A stretch of 64,000 bases of DNA, from positions 7,072,001 to 7,136,000 of the forward strand of contig OZ240241.1 of NCBI GenBank assembly GCA_965198115.1. Direction: 5' to 3'. Below are positions 53,215 through 63,235 of this stretch, in pieces. The number at the start of each line of letters is the position of its first letter. Position 1 is the stretch's first letter. Source of the stretch: Candidatus Latescibacterota bacterium. GTDB lineage: Bacteria > Latescibacterota > UBA2968. The notes under the pieces were generated by a model. The model ran no database searches. It saw nothing but the letters and a program-made list of their open reading frames with translations, and was not told where the DNA came from. A program made the position numbers and the translations under genes.

Positions 53215-54318
53215 ATGAGTCAGTTACAGATTCGCAACGTCATACCGGTTACGATCCGGGCGACCCGAGGATACGAGGAATGGGTGTTGGTCAGGGTGCA
53301 GACCGACGGGGGTATCGAGGGTGTAGGGGAGGGATTCACCTGGAGGGGCGAGGCGAGCGCCGTCCGCAGCCACATCGTAGCGCTTGGCGAGGAGCTGATC
53401 GGCGGGGATCCGCTGGCGATCGAGCCGTTCGTCGGACGCTTCCTCCCGCTTGCCGATGGCCGTGCCGAGTGTGCGGCTGTGTCGGTACTGGAGGTCGCGC
53501 TCTGGGACATCCTCGGACAGGTTGCCGAGCTGCCGGTGCACGCCCTGCTCGGCGGACAGCGGCGACAAGCCATCCCCCTCTACGCGAACCACGGACTCTT
53601 TTATGGATCCGCTGACTGGGACGAGAGGATCGAGCGAATCGTCGCGGCAAAAGAAGCGGGTTTCGAGATGTTCAAGTGGGACCCGTTCAAGGGTAGAGGC
53701 ACGCCCGAACCGCAGGAGTTGGCGCGCCAGATCGCCAGCGTGGAGCAGGTGCGTCGCGCCGTCGGCGACGGTTACCAGATTGCCATCGATGCGCACAACC
53801 GGTTCAGTCTCGAGGGCGCTTTGATGGCCGCAAAGGCCCTGGAGCCTCTGGACATCCTCTTCTTCGAGGCTCCGACTGAAGACGATCCCGATTCGTTGAG
53901 GCGAATCGCCGATGCGACATCCATTCCGCTGGCCACCGGCGAGCTCACGTGTTCCCGGTCTGAAGCGAAGGCGCTGCTCGACAGCGGCGTCCTGACCTAT
54001 TTCCAGCCCGAGGTCGGCACCAACGGGGGCATCCTCGAAAGCTGCAAGACCGCCGCCCTGGCGCAGGTCTACAGCGTCGACATCGCCACGCACAACTGGT
54101 GTGGCCCCGTCGTAACGAGGGCCGCATCGCACGTCTGCGCGACCATACCAAATTTGCTCTATCAGGAGTACGCCGGCGGCGCTCCCGAAAGCGAATGGGA
54201 GAACGATCTGCTCGATCCACCCAGCCGCATCGAAAACGGCCACCTCATCCTACCCGATGGTCCCGGCCTGGGTTTCCGCCTGAACGAGGATCTTGTTACC
54301 GCCAGGTCCGTCGATTAA
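53215..54318 (+). CDS. Mandelate racemase family / galactonate dehydratase-like enzyme
   Basis: GGAGG RBS; ALWDI.G...LPV..LLGG, KWD, DAH, FFEAP, ATGE, HN, PGLG. Confidence 0.9.
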   Translation: MSQLQIRNVIPVTIRATRGYEEWVLVRVQTDGGIEGVGEGFTWRGEASAVRSHIVALGEELIGGDPLAIEPFVGRFLPLADGRAECAAVSVLEVALWDILGQVAELPVHALLGGQRRQAIPLYANHGLFYGSADWDERIERIVAAKEAGFEMFKWDPFKGRGTPEPQELARQIASVEQVRRAVGDGYQIAIDAHNRFSLEGALMAAKALEPLDILFFEAPTEDDPDSLRRIADATSIPLATGELTCSRSEAKALLDSGVLTYFQPEVGTNGGILESCKTAALAQVYSVDIATHNWCGPVVTRAASHVCATIPNLLYQEYAGGAPESEWENDLLDPPSRIENGHLILPDGPGLGFRLNEDLVTARSVD

Positions 54319-54610
54319 CTACTGATGCTCCATTCTACGCACATCGCGTAGCTCGTGCACTTCTGCCAGGTGAGTTGTGGCGAGGCGGAAGGACTGGTCA
54401 GCGGAGAGGATTGGTGTGGCGACGCGCCGCCACACTCGCAATCCTGGTGTCAGCGGAAAAGACGTGCCCGTAAGGATCAGTCTGGAATGATGGGTGAGAA
54501 ACGCGCCGTCACACTGAGCGGAGTCGAAGTGTCGGCCCTCGCAAAACCACAATGTTAGGCTTGAATGAAGCGCAGGGGCTTTGAATACAGGTAGGGCAGG
54601 ATCAGGAGAC

Positions 54611-54654
54611 TGGTTTCCGGTTCTCGGATCCCGGTTCCCGGTTCCCGGTTCCCG
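54611..54654. repeat. 7-bp tandem repeat CGGTTCC x6
   Basis: TGGTTTC CGGTTCT CGGATCC CGGTTCC CGGTTCC CGGTTCC, just past the desaturase stop. Confidence 0.85.
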
Positions 54655-54664
54655 ACAGTAGGAA

Positions 54665-55716
54665 TCAAACGCTTGCCGGTGCCTCCCCAGCTCCCTTCGG
54701 CAACCGCCTCTTCACCCGCATCCGTTCGTACGACTCCGGCGTGCCGTCGTGCAGGGTGCCGAACCAGCGGTCCAGCGGTACCGTGACGGTGCCGTAGTTG
54801 CACTCGAAGTAGCGGTGGTGCAGATAGTGGAAGAAGGTGTCGATGCTGATGCCCTCGCTCTCGTCTTTGAGGACGAGCCGGTCGAACCCGGTGTGGCCGA
54901 GGGCCGGGTTGAGGGCGGGGCGCTGCATCACGTAGAACATGTGGATCGGATGCGACGGCACGACGAAGAAGATGATCCAGCGCGTGAAGTAGACCAGGTG
55001 TTCGATCGGGTGCATCGACAGGCCCGACCACGGCCCCACGTTGGTGTTGCGGTGGTGCAGATAGTGGGCGTTGTCGTAGAACCACTTCCAGTGAGACATG
55101 CGGTGGACGACGTAGAAATGCAGGTCCTGCCAGAAGGGCAGGATGAAGGCAAGCACCACGAACCAGACGGGATTGTCCGCGAAGGTCATGAGGGGCGCCC
55201 AGCCGTTGCCATAGGCCCACAGCATAAAGACCTCGTAGAGGGTCCAGATCGTGCCGCCGCTGACCATGGTCCAGAACACGTTGTCCTTGACCTGGTCTTT
55301 GAACAGGAAAGCCTGGCTGTCTGTGCTCGGCCAGCGGGAGTTGTACTTGAAGCGAGTCCCCTGCACGCGGCGCCAGTAGAGGATGCCGTGCAAAGTCGTG
55401 CCGACGATCGCCAGCATCACGTAGTTGCGCACGAACATCGGCCAGATCCATTCGGCGCGAAGCTGACTGAAGGTTGTCGGGTCGTGGGCGCCCGGCTGAA
55501 GGTAGTTCCAGGTCAGGTAGCCCAGCCCGTAGTACAGCGCAGCGCCGAAAGGCCAGAGAAAGCCTGGGAACCCGAGAACCGGGCCAGCTTGCGGAGATCG
55601 ATCGGCCACGCGAAGGGCATGGCCTTGCCCAGGATGCGTGGCGTCCACTCGCCTTTGGCATCGCGGGTCTCGGTGCCGTCGTCGAGGGCTGTGGGTGCTA
55701 ATTCGTCGTTCGCCAT
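54665..55716 (-). CDS. Sterol desaturase/fatty-acid hydroxylase family protein (frameshift near 55580)
   Basis: His boxes HRMSH, HYLHH, HTG, HYLHH; PWSGLSMHPIE; NYG; LDRWFGT. Confidence 0.88.
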
Positions 55717-56026
55717 AATCTTTATGGATTCCAGTGACGTGTTCTCGAGAAGGTGGAGGGCCGAACACAGTCAGCCCGCAATCCACACGGACTCCAGTAT
55801 TAGATACGCTAAAGAGAGTTGGGAGTGCAGTCAAGGGTTTTACCGCCCCGGCACGAGCCCCTGACCGCGTAGCCTCGCACCGAGGAAGCTAAAAAGCCCC
55901 TCTACACGGCGATCTCATTCCTTCTGAACGAGCTCCGAAGCACGGCGCATTCTCGAAGCCCCGTACCTGTGGAATCGCGAAGAAACTTACTCAGAACAGT
56001 GACCTCCCCTGCCCCCCTGCCGTTTG

Positions 56027-56413
56027 TCATACCGCCTTGCTCTCCAGCCACTCCTTCGTCACTTCAATCCCGAACCCCGGCGCATCGCTCGGTGTCACGT
56101 AGCCATCTTTAATCACCGGTGTGCCCGGAAGAATGACCATTTCCTCGAGTGGAACTCCTGGTGGCGACACACCTTCCGAACGTTCCCCCCACTGGATCGC
56201 CGGCATCGCACAGGACAGATGTTGGCCATACGGATAGTTCATGCCACCGTGAGCGATCACGGTCAGGCCGTGCGCCTCCGCGATGTGGCAGATTCGGACT
56301 AGCGCGGTAATGCCACCCGCCCACGCAACATCGGGCTGCAGGATATCGACCAGGCCCTGTCCGGCCGCCAGCGCAAAGGGATGGATCGTATACCAGTGTT
56401 CCCCGGTTGCCAC
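56027..56413 (-). pseudogene. C-terminal fragment of an L-rhamnonate-dehydratase-like enolase
   Basis: ATGEHWYT, DILQPDVAWAGG, PSDAPGFG; no 5' part. Confidence 0.75.
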
Positions 56414-56697
56414 ACATTCAAGAGTTTAGTTCGCGAAATGGGTTTAGGGGAATGCTTCTGGTGACTGGATACGGGGATGGAATTTCCCCTTCCGCCTGAG
56501 CCCATCCACCACAACCCACCCCTTGAATGATCGCGGCTGTGGTCCCGAGCTAATGGAATTTTTCGGGGAGTGGCTCAGCCCGGTATAAACCAAGCAACTC
56601 CTCACATCCCGTCACAACACCTCCCACGATGGCTACCAATAAGCTACCAGACACAAAAAAGCCTACGTCGGACATGACGTAAACCTTTGTTTTTTAA

Positions 56698-56747
56698 TGG
56701 TGGGCGATACCGGATTCGAACCAGTGACTTCCTGCTTGTAAGGCAGG
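56698..56747 (-). tRNA. 3' fragment of tRNA-Val(TAC), anticodon arm to CCA; attachment-site remnant, not a functional tRNA
   Basis: Minus strand CCTGC CTTACAA GCAGG AAGTC ACTGG TTCGAAT CCGGT ATCGCCC ACCA; the D-arm and 5' acceptor strand are replaced by AT-rich DNA. Confidence 0.88.
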
Positions 56748-56865
56748 AATTCATAATAGTATTTACAATGAGTTATATAAACGTAACGTCGTATGTAACC
56801 CCATTCGGAGCCAGATCTAACCGGATCACAGCGCTCCACCACGACTTTGCTGGCTGGTCTCAGCC

Positions 56866-57069
56866 TCAGACTGATCTTGGTCTACCCGCCCTCTTCATTC
56901 TTGGATTCGGTTGCCGGTCCTGAAATCGGTCATTCACAACAACGATGTTCTGGTTGCCAATGCGCTCCGCATCGATCTTGCCATTTCTGATCGCATAGTT
57001 CATCGCCTGCCTTGAGCACCCCTTTCGGGCAGCTGCTTCTGTGGCACCTATCCGCTCGAGTCTCGCCAT
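56866..57069 (-). CDS. Small HTH DNA-binding protein (excisionase-like)
   Basis: TEAAARKGCSRQAMNYAIRNGKIDAERIG; GGAG RBS; next to the tRNA fragment. Confidence 0.65.
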   Translation of the reverse strand: MARLERIGATEAAARKGCSRQAMNYAIRNGKIDAERIGNQNIVVVNDRFQDRQPNPRMKRAGRPRSV

Positions 57070-57108
57070 AGCTCCAATATAGTAGTTTTCCGTCCGGAAA
57101 ATCCATCG

Positions 57109-57258
57109 CTGGAGCGGTTCAAGGGGTATATCGGGTCCCGCCTGGAGCGATTCGACCTGCCCTGCACGGTGCTGTATCGGGAGCTGGTGGCGCTGGGGTA
57201 TGAGGGGGTCTGACGATCCTTCGGGATTACGTGCGTCCCCTAAGCGGGAGCTGACCCT
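57109..57258 (+). repeat. About 150-bp inverted, slightly diverged copy of an internal istA segment (58167-58316)
   Basis: CTGGAGCGGTTCAAG...GAGCTGACCC matches the reverse complement of 58167-58316. Confidence 0.8.
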
Positions 57259-57292
57259 GAGAGTGAGCGACCTCGGGGGACAACGGGGGCAG

Positions 57293-58425
57293 CTACACGA
57301 ACTGTGGCGCTTTCCGCGGGGTTGCCTGTGGACGACCGCGAGTCAGTTTGCAGATGGCATCGAGGTGTTCGGGCAACGTGACATCGCGGCTGCCCCGAGG
57401 AGCTCGCGTGTGCGTCGCCACGAGCCGATCGCCGTGGTGGACGGTCAGCGCCGCCCCCGCGCTCTCGCCCTCCGGACGAACTTCGACGGTTCGTCCCACC
57501 GCGATCGGGTGCACGCTGTAGCGCACGCTGCCAAAGCTGATGTGGCTGTCAGAGGCCACAACACGCAGCTCCACCGGGCGCGTATCGTAGGCCGGCACGC
57601 TCGCAAACGGACAGTGCCGGGGCTTCCTCGGCATAGCGGTCGATCGGACGGGCGCCGGTCGTGCCGTGGATGCGCACGTTGGCGACCGTATCGACCCAGG
57701 CATCGACCTGGTGGTTCAGGTCAGAAAGATCCGTGAACGACCGACCCTCCAGGAAGCTCTTCTTCACGTAACCCACACCTCGCTCCACCTTGCCTTTGGC
57801 CCGGGGCCAGTAGGGCGGACACGCTGCCGGGAGGAATTCGTGGTGCTCTGTGAAGTCCAGGAAGGATCGGTTCCATCGCACCGTGCCGGTGGTCACGTCG
57901 TGCTGATCCACGGCCTGCCGCATGTTGTCCACCAGGATCTCCCGGGGGATGCCGATCCGGCCGAAGGCCTCCTGCAGACACGACATCAGCACGGGCAGCT
58001 TCGAAGAGGTCGTGAAACGAACGAACAGCATCCGGCTGCAGCCCAGCACCATCACGAAGACGTAGAGCTTCCGGCGCTCCCCGTCCACGACCACCGTTCC
58101 GCACTCCCCCCAGTCGATCTGAGCTTGTCGTCCCGGGTCGGTCTCAAACCGTTCGCAGACCCGCCGGGTGAGCTCTCGCTTGAGGGGACGCACGTAATCC
58201 CGAAGGATCGTCAGACCCCCCTCATATCCGAGCGCTACCAGCTCCCGATACAGCACCGTGCAGGGCAGGTCGAACCGCTCCAGGCGGGACCCGATATACC
58301 TCTTGAACCGCTCCAGCTTCGACACCCGTTTTTTCCGAAGCTTCGGAAACGGTTCCTCTCTCTCCAGGTGGTTGTACACGGTCCCCCGGGATACCCCCAA
58401 CTGTCGTGCAATCCGAGCCTTGGGA
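57293..58425 (-). pseudogene. istA: IS21-family transposase IstA, 5'-truncated and frameshifted; no istB seen
   Basis: IARQLGVSRGTV, RFETDPGRQAQIDWG, DNM, KGKVER, RIHGTT. Confidence 0.88.
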
Positions 58426-58890
58426 AAACAGGGACCTATCCCACCGGATGGACCAGTCCCGTCATAGCCGCCCTCAAGAAAGCCGGGATTCCGTGCCGGG
58501 TAATCGACTTGCGGAAGAATGACAAGAAGTCCTACCGGCTGGGGAAGACCACTATGCACCTGAGGGACTACCAGGAGGAGGGATCGGAGGCTGCTCTGGT
58601 CAAGAGCCGGGGCATCATCGCCCACGCCACAGGATCAGGGAAGACGGTGACGGCTGCCGTCGCGATCCAGAAGATCGGCCGGAAGACGATTTACTTTGTG
58701 CCCAACCGCACTCTCTTGGAACAGACGGCCCAGGACCTGGCTGAGGTCATCCCTGCCGAGTGCATCGGGAAGTGTGGAGGGAAGCACTGGGAGCCTTTCA
58801 AGCCTGTCGTGGTCTGCACAGCGCAGATGATCTGGGCGAGGAAGGATACACCAGAAGTTCGGAAACTGCTCTCGGAAGCCGGGTGCATCC
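58426..58890 (+). pseudogene. Fragment of an SF2 (ResIII-like) helicase
   Basis: LRDYQ, ATGSGKT Walker A, VP...LLEQ; breaks off before the DExH box. Confidence 0.7.
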
Positions 58891-59095
58891 GACCCTCTGG
58901 ACGGTCAGTTTGTTCTCGGCCGCTCGATGTTTTACGCTCGGGTGGTAGCTTACGATCAGACAGCTGACCCACTCGCGGTCGAGGCCTTCTCCAACTGCTC
59001 CTTCTTCCTCGACACGAACTTAATAGCCCCCGTGGCGTCGTCGGGCTGCTCTTGTCGAAGGCCACGTTCGCGGCGTGTCGGTTCTCCGCGCTCCT

Positions 59096-60094
59096 TCAGA
59101 AGCTGAACAGCCCCGCGTCCGACTCCGTGACCTGAATGCCACATGCCGCCCCGGCGAGGGTCGACGTGAACCCGGATGGGCTGATCCCCGCCTCTATGTC
59201 CAGATCCATCCGGCAGGACCCGCTCCGACCGTCGTCCGTGGCCCAGCGAACCGTACCGTCCACGGTGCCGCTCACCTCCAGCCCAAAGTCGTCCGTGATG
59301 GACAGCTCCACACCCATTTCCAGGTCGGGCGCGCCGTCCAGGGTGAACGCGATTCCGGTCCCCTCGTGCCTGATCACGCAGTCCGAGTGCACCAGGGTCA
59401 TCGACAGGGACACGGCAACGTCTTCGCTGTCCGGATCTCCCATGAACTCGGACCGTCCGTTAACGGCCACCGTTCCACCCATCGGGCAGCGCGTCGTAAG
59501 CTGTACGGTAGAGCTCCCATCGGTCAGGGTCTTGCTCTCAATCCCTTTCTCCGTGACTTCGAGGCCTTGGCTCATCGACACCTCGACAAGTGCGAGGACC
59601 TCTTCCTGGGTCAGTGAATCTTCGGGCGCCCCGGACAGAAGCGATGAACCCGTCACGCGCGCCTTCCCTCCAACGGCCAGATCGAGCAGCACCTCATACC
59701 CACCGTTGATCGGGATGCTCGACCACCTCCCCAGCAGGTTTCCGTCCTGCCACGCACGCGCCTGGTAGTAACCGGTCGCATTTTCACCAAGCGCCACCCG
59801 CGCCCGGCCCACCTCATCCGTCGTGCCCGACCACGCATACTGGGCCGACCGCCCGGAGATAGATCGTGAGAACTCCACAGCCGCACCGGGCACAGGCATC
59901 CCATCTTCGCGCACCGTCACCACCACCACGGCCTGCGTCACGCCCCTGTCGACAGCCGCCTTGCTCAAGGACCGCCTAACCTGCTCGCCGGCCCCCTGAC
60001 CCCCCTCTGACACCGTCACACGCTCGCTGCCACAACTCCATAACACCCCGCCGGCAAGCACCACCACAATCACACGACGAAAACTTCTCGACAT
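59096..60094 (-). CDS. Hypothetical lipoprotein
   Basis: AAGGAGG RBS; lipobox LWSC; Ig-like N-terminal part, beta-rich Cys-containing C-terminal part. Confidence 0.72.
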   Translation of the reverse strand: MSRSFRRVIVVVLAGGVLWSCGSERVTVSEGGQGAGEQVRRSLSKAAVDRGVTQAVVVVTVREDGMPVPGAAVEFSRSISGRSAQYAWSGTTDEVGRARVALGENATGYYQARAWQDGNLLGRWSSIPINGGYEVLLDLAVGGKARVTGSSLLSGAPEDSLTQEEVLALVEVSMSQGLEVTEKGIESKTLTDGSSTVQLTTRCPMGGTVAVNGRSEFMGDPDSEDVAVSLSMTLVHSDCVIRHEGTGIAFTLDGAPDLEMGVELSITDDFGLEVSGTVDGTVRWATDDGRSGSCRMDLDIEAGISPSGFTSTLAGAACGIQVTESDAGLFSF

Positions 60095-60371
60095 AACGAC
60101 CTCCTTACGTTTCCCGAGGACCTGCGGCTCGGTGGCCCCCAAGGGGAAGCCTTTGACGACCTGACAGAGCGTGCACCTGTAGCGCCGAACCAGCTACCTC
60201 CACCCGTCAGTCACCTGGATCGACAGCCTCGGATCGCCCAAGCCTCGGCATCAAGGGTAGGTCCACAGGCTCAACCCGCCTTGCAATTTATGGCCCGCCA
60301 AGAACCGGACAAGCCAGGTAGTGTCCTAATTTGAACGTGATGAAGTAGAATATCTCAGGGGGGATGGGTTC

Positions 60372-60740
60372 GCTCAACGTCGCGCACACGGGGAACGGCC
60401 ACCGGCAGCTTCTGGTCCATCAGATACACGGACCCTTTCTGGCTTCCCCATCGACGATGCGGCTGCTCTGAACCCTTACGCGCATACCGAACGCCTGCGA
60501 GCTGCTCCACCTCCTGCTGGAGCACGTCGGCAACGGCCTCCAGACCCAGCGGAATCAGCGCCCGGATCACCGATAAACGCGTCTCCAAATCCATAACGTC
60601 TGACCCAACCTTGACTTCGCCATCCCCTGCAAATAGCTTCTCCATCGTGGGCTCCTTTCTTACGGGTACACGCTCTCATACGCGTACCCACAACGTAAGT
60701 TTGGAGCCCTTTAAGTTTCAACTACGATAGGCACCTCAAC
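60372..60740 (-). mobile_element. Truncated copy of the IS256 element at 7133-8520 (left end)
   Basis: Near-identical to about 7133-7500; its end overlaps the divIVA stop codon. Confidence 0.88.
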
Positions 60741-61209
60741 CTTCATCCACAACGGGTGCGTCTATAAAGGAAAGTTCGGACAGATAGTCGGATTGGGATT
60801 TGATCAAAGCCTGTAGTCGGGAGACGAAGTGGTCTCTCTGATTCTTCAGATCGACGATCTCATTCCGAATGCTCTGGACCTGCTGTCGAGCCTTTTCAAT
60901 CGCCCGGTTGCCTCGAATCTCGGCCTCCTTGACGATCAATCGACCCTCTTTTTTCGAATTGTCGTGGACATCGTCAGCAGCCTTCTGGGCAGTCCTCAGC
61001 GTTTTCTGAAGCGTTTTCTCCAGTTCCCGGTATCGTTCGACGGTCGTCTGGAGCGTTCGGTGCCGTTCGGTCAGCTGGATGTTCTCGCTGCTCAGCCGCT
61101 CGAATTCCTCGGCGATCATTTCCAAAAAGGCCTGGACCTCTTCGGCGTCGATCCCACGAAACTGCTTTTTGAAAGTCTGTTTGCGTATGTCCAGCGGCGT
61201 GATCTTCAC
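60736..61209 (-). CDS. divIVA: DivIVA-domain protein
   Basis: ITPLDIRKQTFKKQFRG.D.EEV..FL, coiled coil; downstream of yggS-yggT. Confidence 0.92.
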   Translation of the reverse strand: MKITPLDIRKQTFKKQFRGIDAEEVQAFLEMIAEEFERLSSENIQLTERHRTLQTTVERYRELEKTLQKTLRTAQKAADDVHDNSKKEGRLIVKEAEIRGNRAIEKARQQVQSIRNEIVDLKNQRDHFVSRLQALIKSQSDYLSELSFIDAPVVDEG

Positions 61210-61276
61210 GACGGAAGTCCTCGCGGTGCGTGCACCCGAAGGGGAATCCGGAGCATCGGTGTGAAGGGGGTCGATT

Positions 61277-61819
61277 TCATTGAAGCAGCAGGCTGCGAAT
61301 GGCGCTCTTGACGAATGACATCAGAAATATCAAAAGAATGGGTGACAGATCGAACATACCGAGCGGGGGAATGATCTGTCTAAAGGGGCCCATGATTGGC
61401 TCGGTCAAACTGTAGATCGCCCACACGACACGATTGTCACGCATGAACGGGATCCACGAGGCCACGATCCGCACGATGATCAACAACAGCAGAATCGAAA
61501 CGCCTGCGTAGAGTACCCCGCCGAGGATCCAGAGCGGCCGCCCCGATGCGATCCCACGCACCAGGATGAACATCGACTCCAGAAGTTCCTGCACCATCTG
61601 CTGCAGGAAGTAAGCGCCGAGCAACGTCACGAGCACCACGATCAGCGGTGCGATGCTCATGGCGTTCGGCATGGGCAACGACTGCGCCAGCGGCCAGACC
61701 ATCGGATCCGTCACCCGACGAACCTGATAGGTCGCCCAACCGAAGGGGCTGACCTTCAGCAACAGCCACCGCAGCAGCATCAGCACGATGACGGTGACCA
61801 CCAATATCTTGATGATCAC
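61277..61819 (-). CDS. yggT: YggT-family membrane protein (two YggT repeats); the true start may be ~61870 via a frameshift
   Basis: VTDP...P and LTEPIMGPFRQIIPPLGMFDLSPI. Confidence 0.85.
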   Translation of the reverse strand: MIIKILVVTVIVLMLLRWLLLKVSPFGWATYQVRRVTDPMVWPLAQSLPMPNAMSIAPLIVVLVTLLGAYFLQQMVQELLESMFILVRGIASGRPLWILGGVLYAGVSILLLLIIVRIVASWIPFMRDNRVVWAIYSLTEPIMGPFRQIIPPLGMFDLSPILLIFLMSFVKSAIRSLLLQ

Positions 61820-61875
61820 GTTGACGCCTGGGCGACCTGCTGCAGGACCGGAACGAGGACGGATTCCACGACTGG

Positions 61876-62585
61876 CTACGCCGCCCGCTGCCCGAAAATC
61901 GCCGTCCCGATCCTCACGATGGTCGCCCCCTCCTCGATCGCCGCCTCGAAATCGCCCGTCATTCCCATCGATAGCTGGAGCGCACTCGACACCGCATCCC
62001 CCACCAATCGATCTCTCAGATCGCGAAGACACCCGAAGCAGCGACGCGTCTCACCCTCGTCGTCACTCAGCGTCGCGATCGTCATCAACCCGTCTACCCG
62101 AAGACCGTCGATCGCTGCGATCTCCGAAACGGCGTCGGCCGTTTCCTCCGGCGACAACCCGGATTTGGACGCTTCGGCCGACGTGTTGACTTGCACGAGA
62201 ATGGGCAAGTCCCCGTCACGATCTTCGACGTGTCTCGATAGGGCGTAGGCAAGCCGCAGACTGTCGACCGACTGGATCACGTCGAACAACTCGACTGCGA
62301 CCTTCGCCTTGTTCCGCTGCAGATGTCCGACGAGATGCCAGATCACATCGCCTTCAACCGCCGGAATCTTGGCCTGCCCTTCTTGAACCCGATTCTCGCC
62401 AAGAACGGATGCGCCGGCTTCCACCGCCGCCTGAACCACCTCGACCGGCCAGGTTTTACTCACCGCGACGACCGTAATGTCCTCACCCGATCGCCCGGAT
62501 CGCTCCGCCGCTGCAGCAACCCGTTCTTCGAGCCTTGCAGATTGTCGCGAATCGATGTGACGCGTTGTTCGAGGTCGAGGGTCAT
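61876..62585 (-). CDS. yggS: YggS/PLPBP pyridoxal-phosphate homeostasis protein (probable 1-nt frameshift near 62538)
   Basis: VAVSKT, GENRVQE, WHLVGHLQRNK, LSMGMTGD, GATIVRIGTAIFG. Confidence 0.92.
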
Positions 62586-62670
62586 AGTAGAGCCTGGATC
62601 GGGCCAAGACTCAATAATATAAGCGCTGCGCTAAATCGGGGCAACCGCAAAGACTGAGGGGAAATGCTCA

Positions 62671-62683
62671 CAACCAGTTGATT
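62671..62683 (-). promoter_or_regulatory. IHF-consensus site
   Basis: Minus strand AATCAACTGGTTG fits WATCAANNNNTTR exactly. Confidence 0.4.
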
Positions 62684-62838
62684 TTTAAAAACTTGCATTC
62701 CAGAATCCCTGGTCGAGCGGCCTCCGCGAGTCGTTGCACGACGACCGATGATCCCTTATTCTGAACCCGGAAACCTGGCGGGCAGCTCGTCCCACCCTGC
62801 AAGAGGGAAGAAGGCCACCTACGCAGACGCAAACGGCT

Positions 62839-62866
62839 ATTTAACATAATCTTAGTTTCAGTTCAA
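62839..62866 (-). other. dif-like Xer recombination site (perfect XerD arm, degenerate XerC arm)
   Basis: Minus strand TTGAACTGAAA CTAAGA TTATGTTAAAT; the right arm is identical to the E. coli XerD arm. Confidence 0.55.
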
Positions 62867-63084
62867 CGTCAAGAGTGGCCAGATCGCTTTGTTCGGCCCG
62901 CCAGTTTGGTCATCGCCTTGAGTCGTCATTGTCTGGGTCAGGACTCCATCAGAAGTGGTACACCCGCGCCCGTTTCAAAGCGCATAACTCCAGTGCCCAA
63001 TACAACTTAGGTCCTGCAACTGCGCCGGAAGCGTACCGGAAGGCGTACCGGCTTGACGATCCGATCTGATCGAGGAAAGAAATT

Positions 63085-63235
63085 GTGGCCACAAGACTGA
63101 AAGCAGCCAAGCTCGAGGAACGCCGTGACAGGGTGATGATGCTCTATCTGGGAGGTGCTACCATCCGGCAGATAGTGCGTCAGACGGGTATCTCGCACGG
63201 AACAGTGCAGAGAGACCTCGCGGAGCTTGTCAACC
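63085..63235 (+). pseudogene. Phage-type HTH protein fragment
   Basis: ERRDRVMMLYLGGATIRQIVRQTGISHGTVQRDL; collides with the opposite-strand primase remnant. Confidence 0.55.

Noticed and set aside
1196-55864. Many long antisense or alternate-frame ORFs (e.g. 10143..11030, 20140..21159, 47671..48825, 54749..55864)
   Set aside because: They shadow well-supported genes, lack motifs, and are expected in high-GC DNA.
56415-56530. MITE with CATTCAAG/CTTGAATG ends truncating the enolase fragment
   Set aside because: Only an 8-bp inverted match, with no target duplication and no second copy in the window.
56698-56775. Intact tRNA-Val gene
   Set aside because: No D-arm or 5' acceptor strand can be formed from the upstream sequence.
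57549-58967. Long overlapping ORFs as a transposase-helicase fusion protein
   Set aside because: The two pieces are on opposite strands; each ORF simply reads through the antisense of the other fragment.
60100-60300. Riboswitch upstream of the lipoprotein
   Set aside because: GC-rich leader, but I could not match conserved motifs of cobalamin, TPP, SAM, FMN or c-di-GMP riboswitches.
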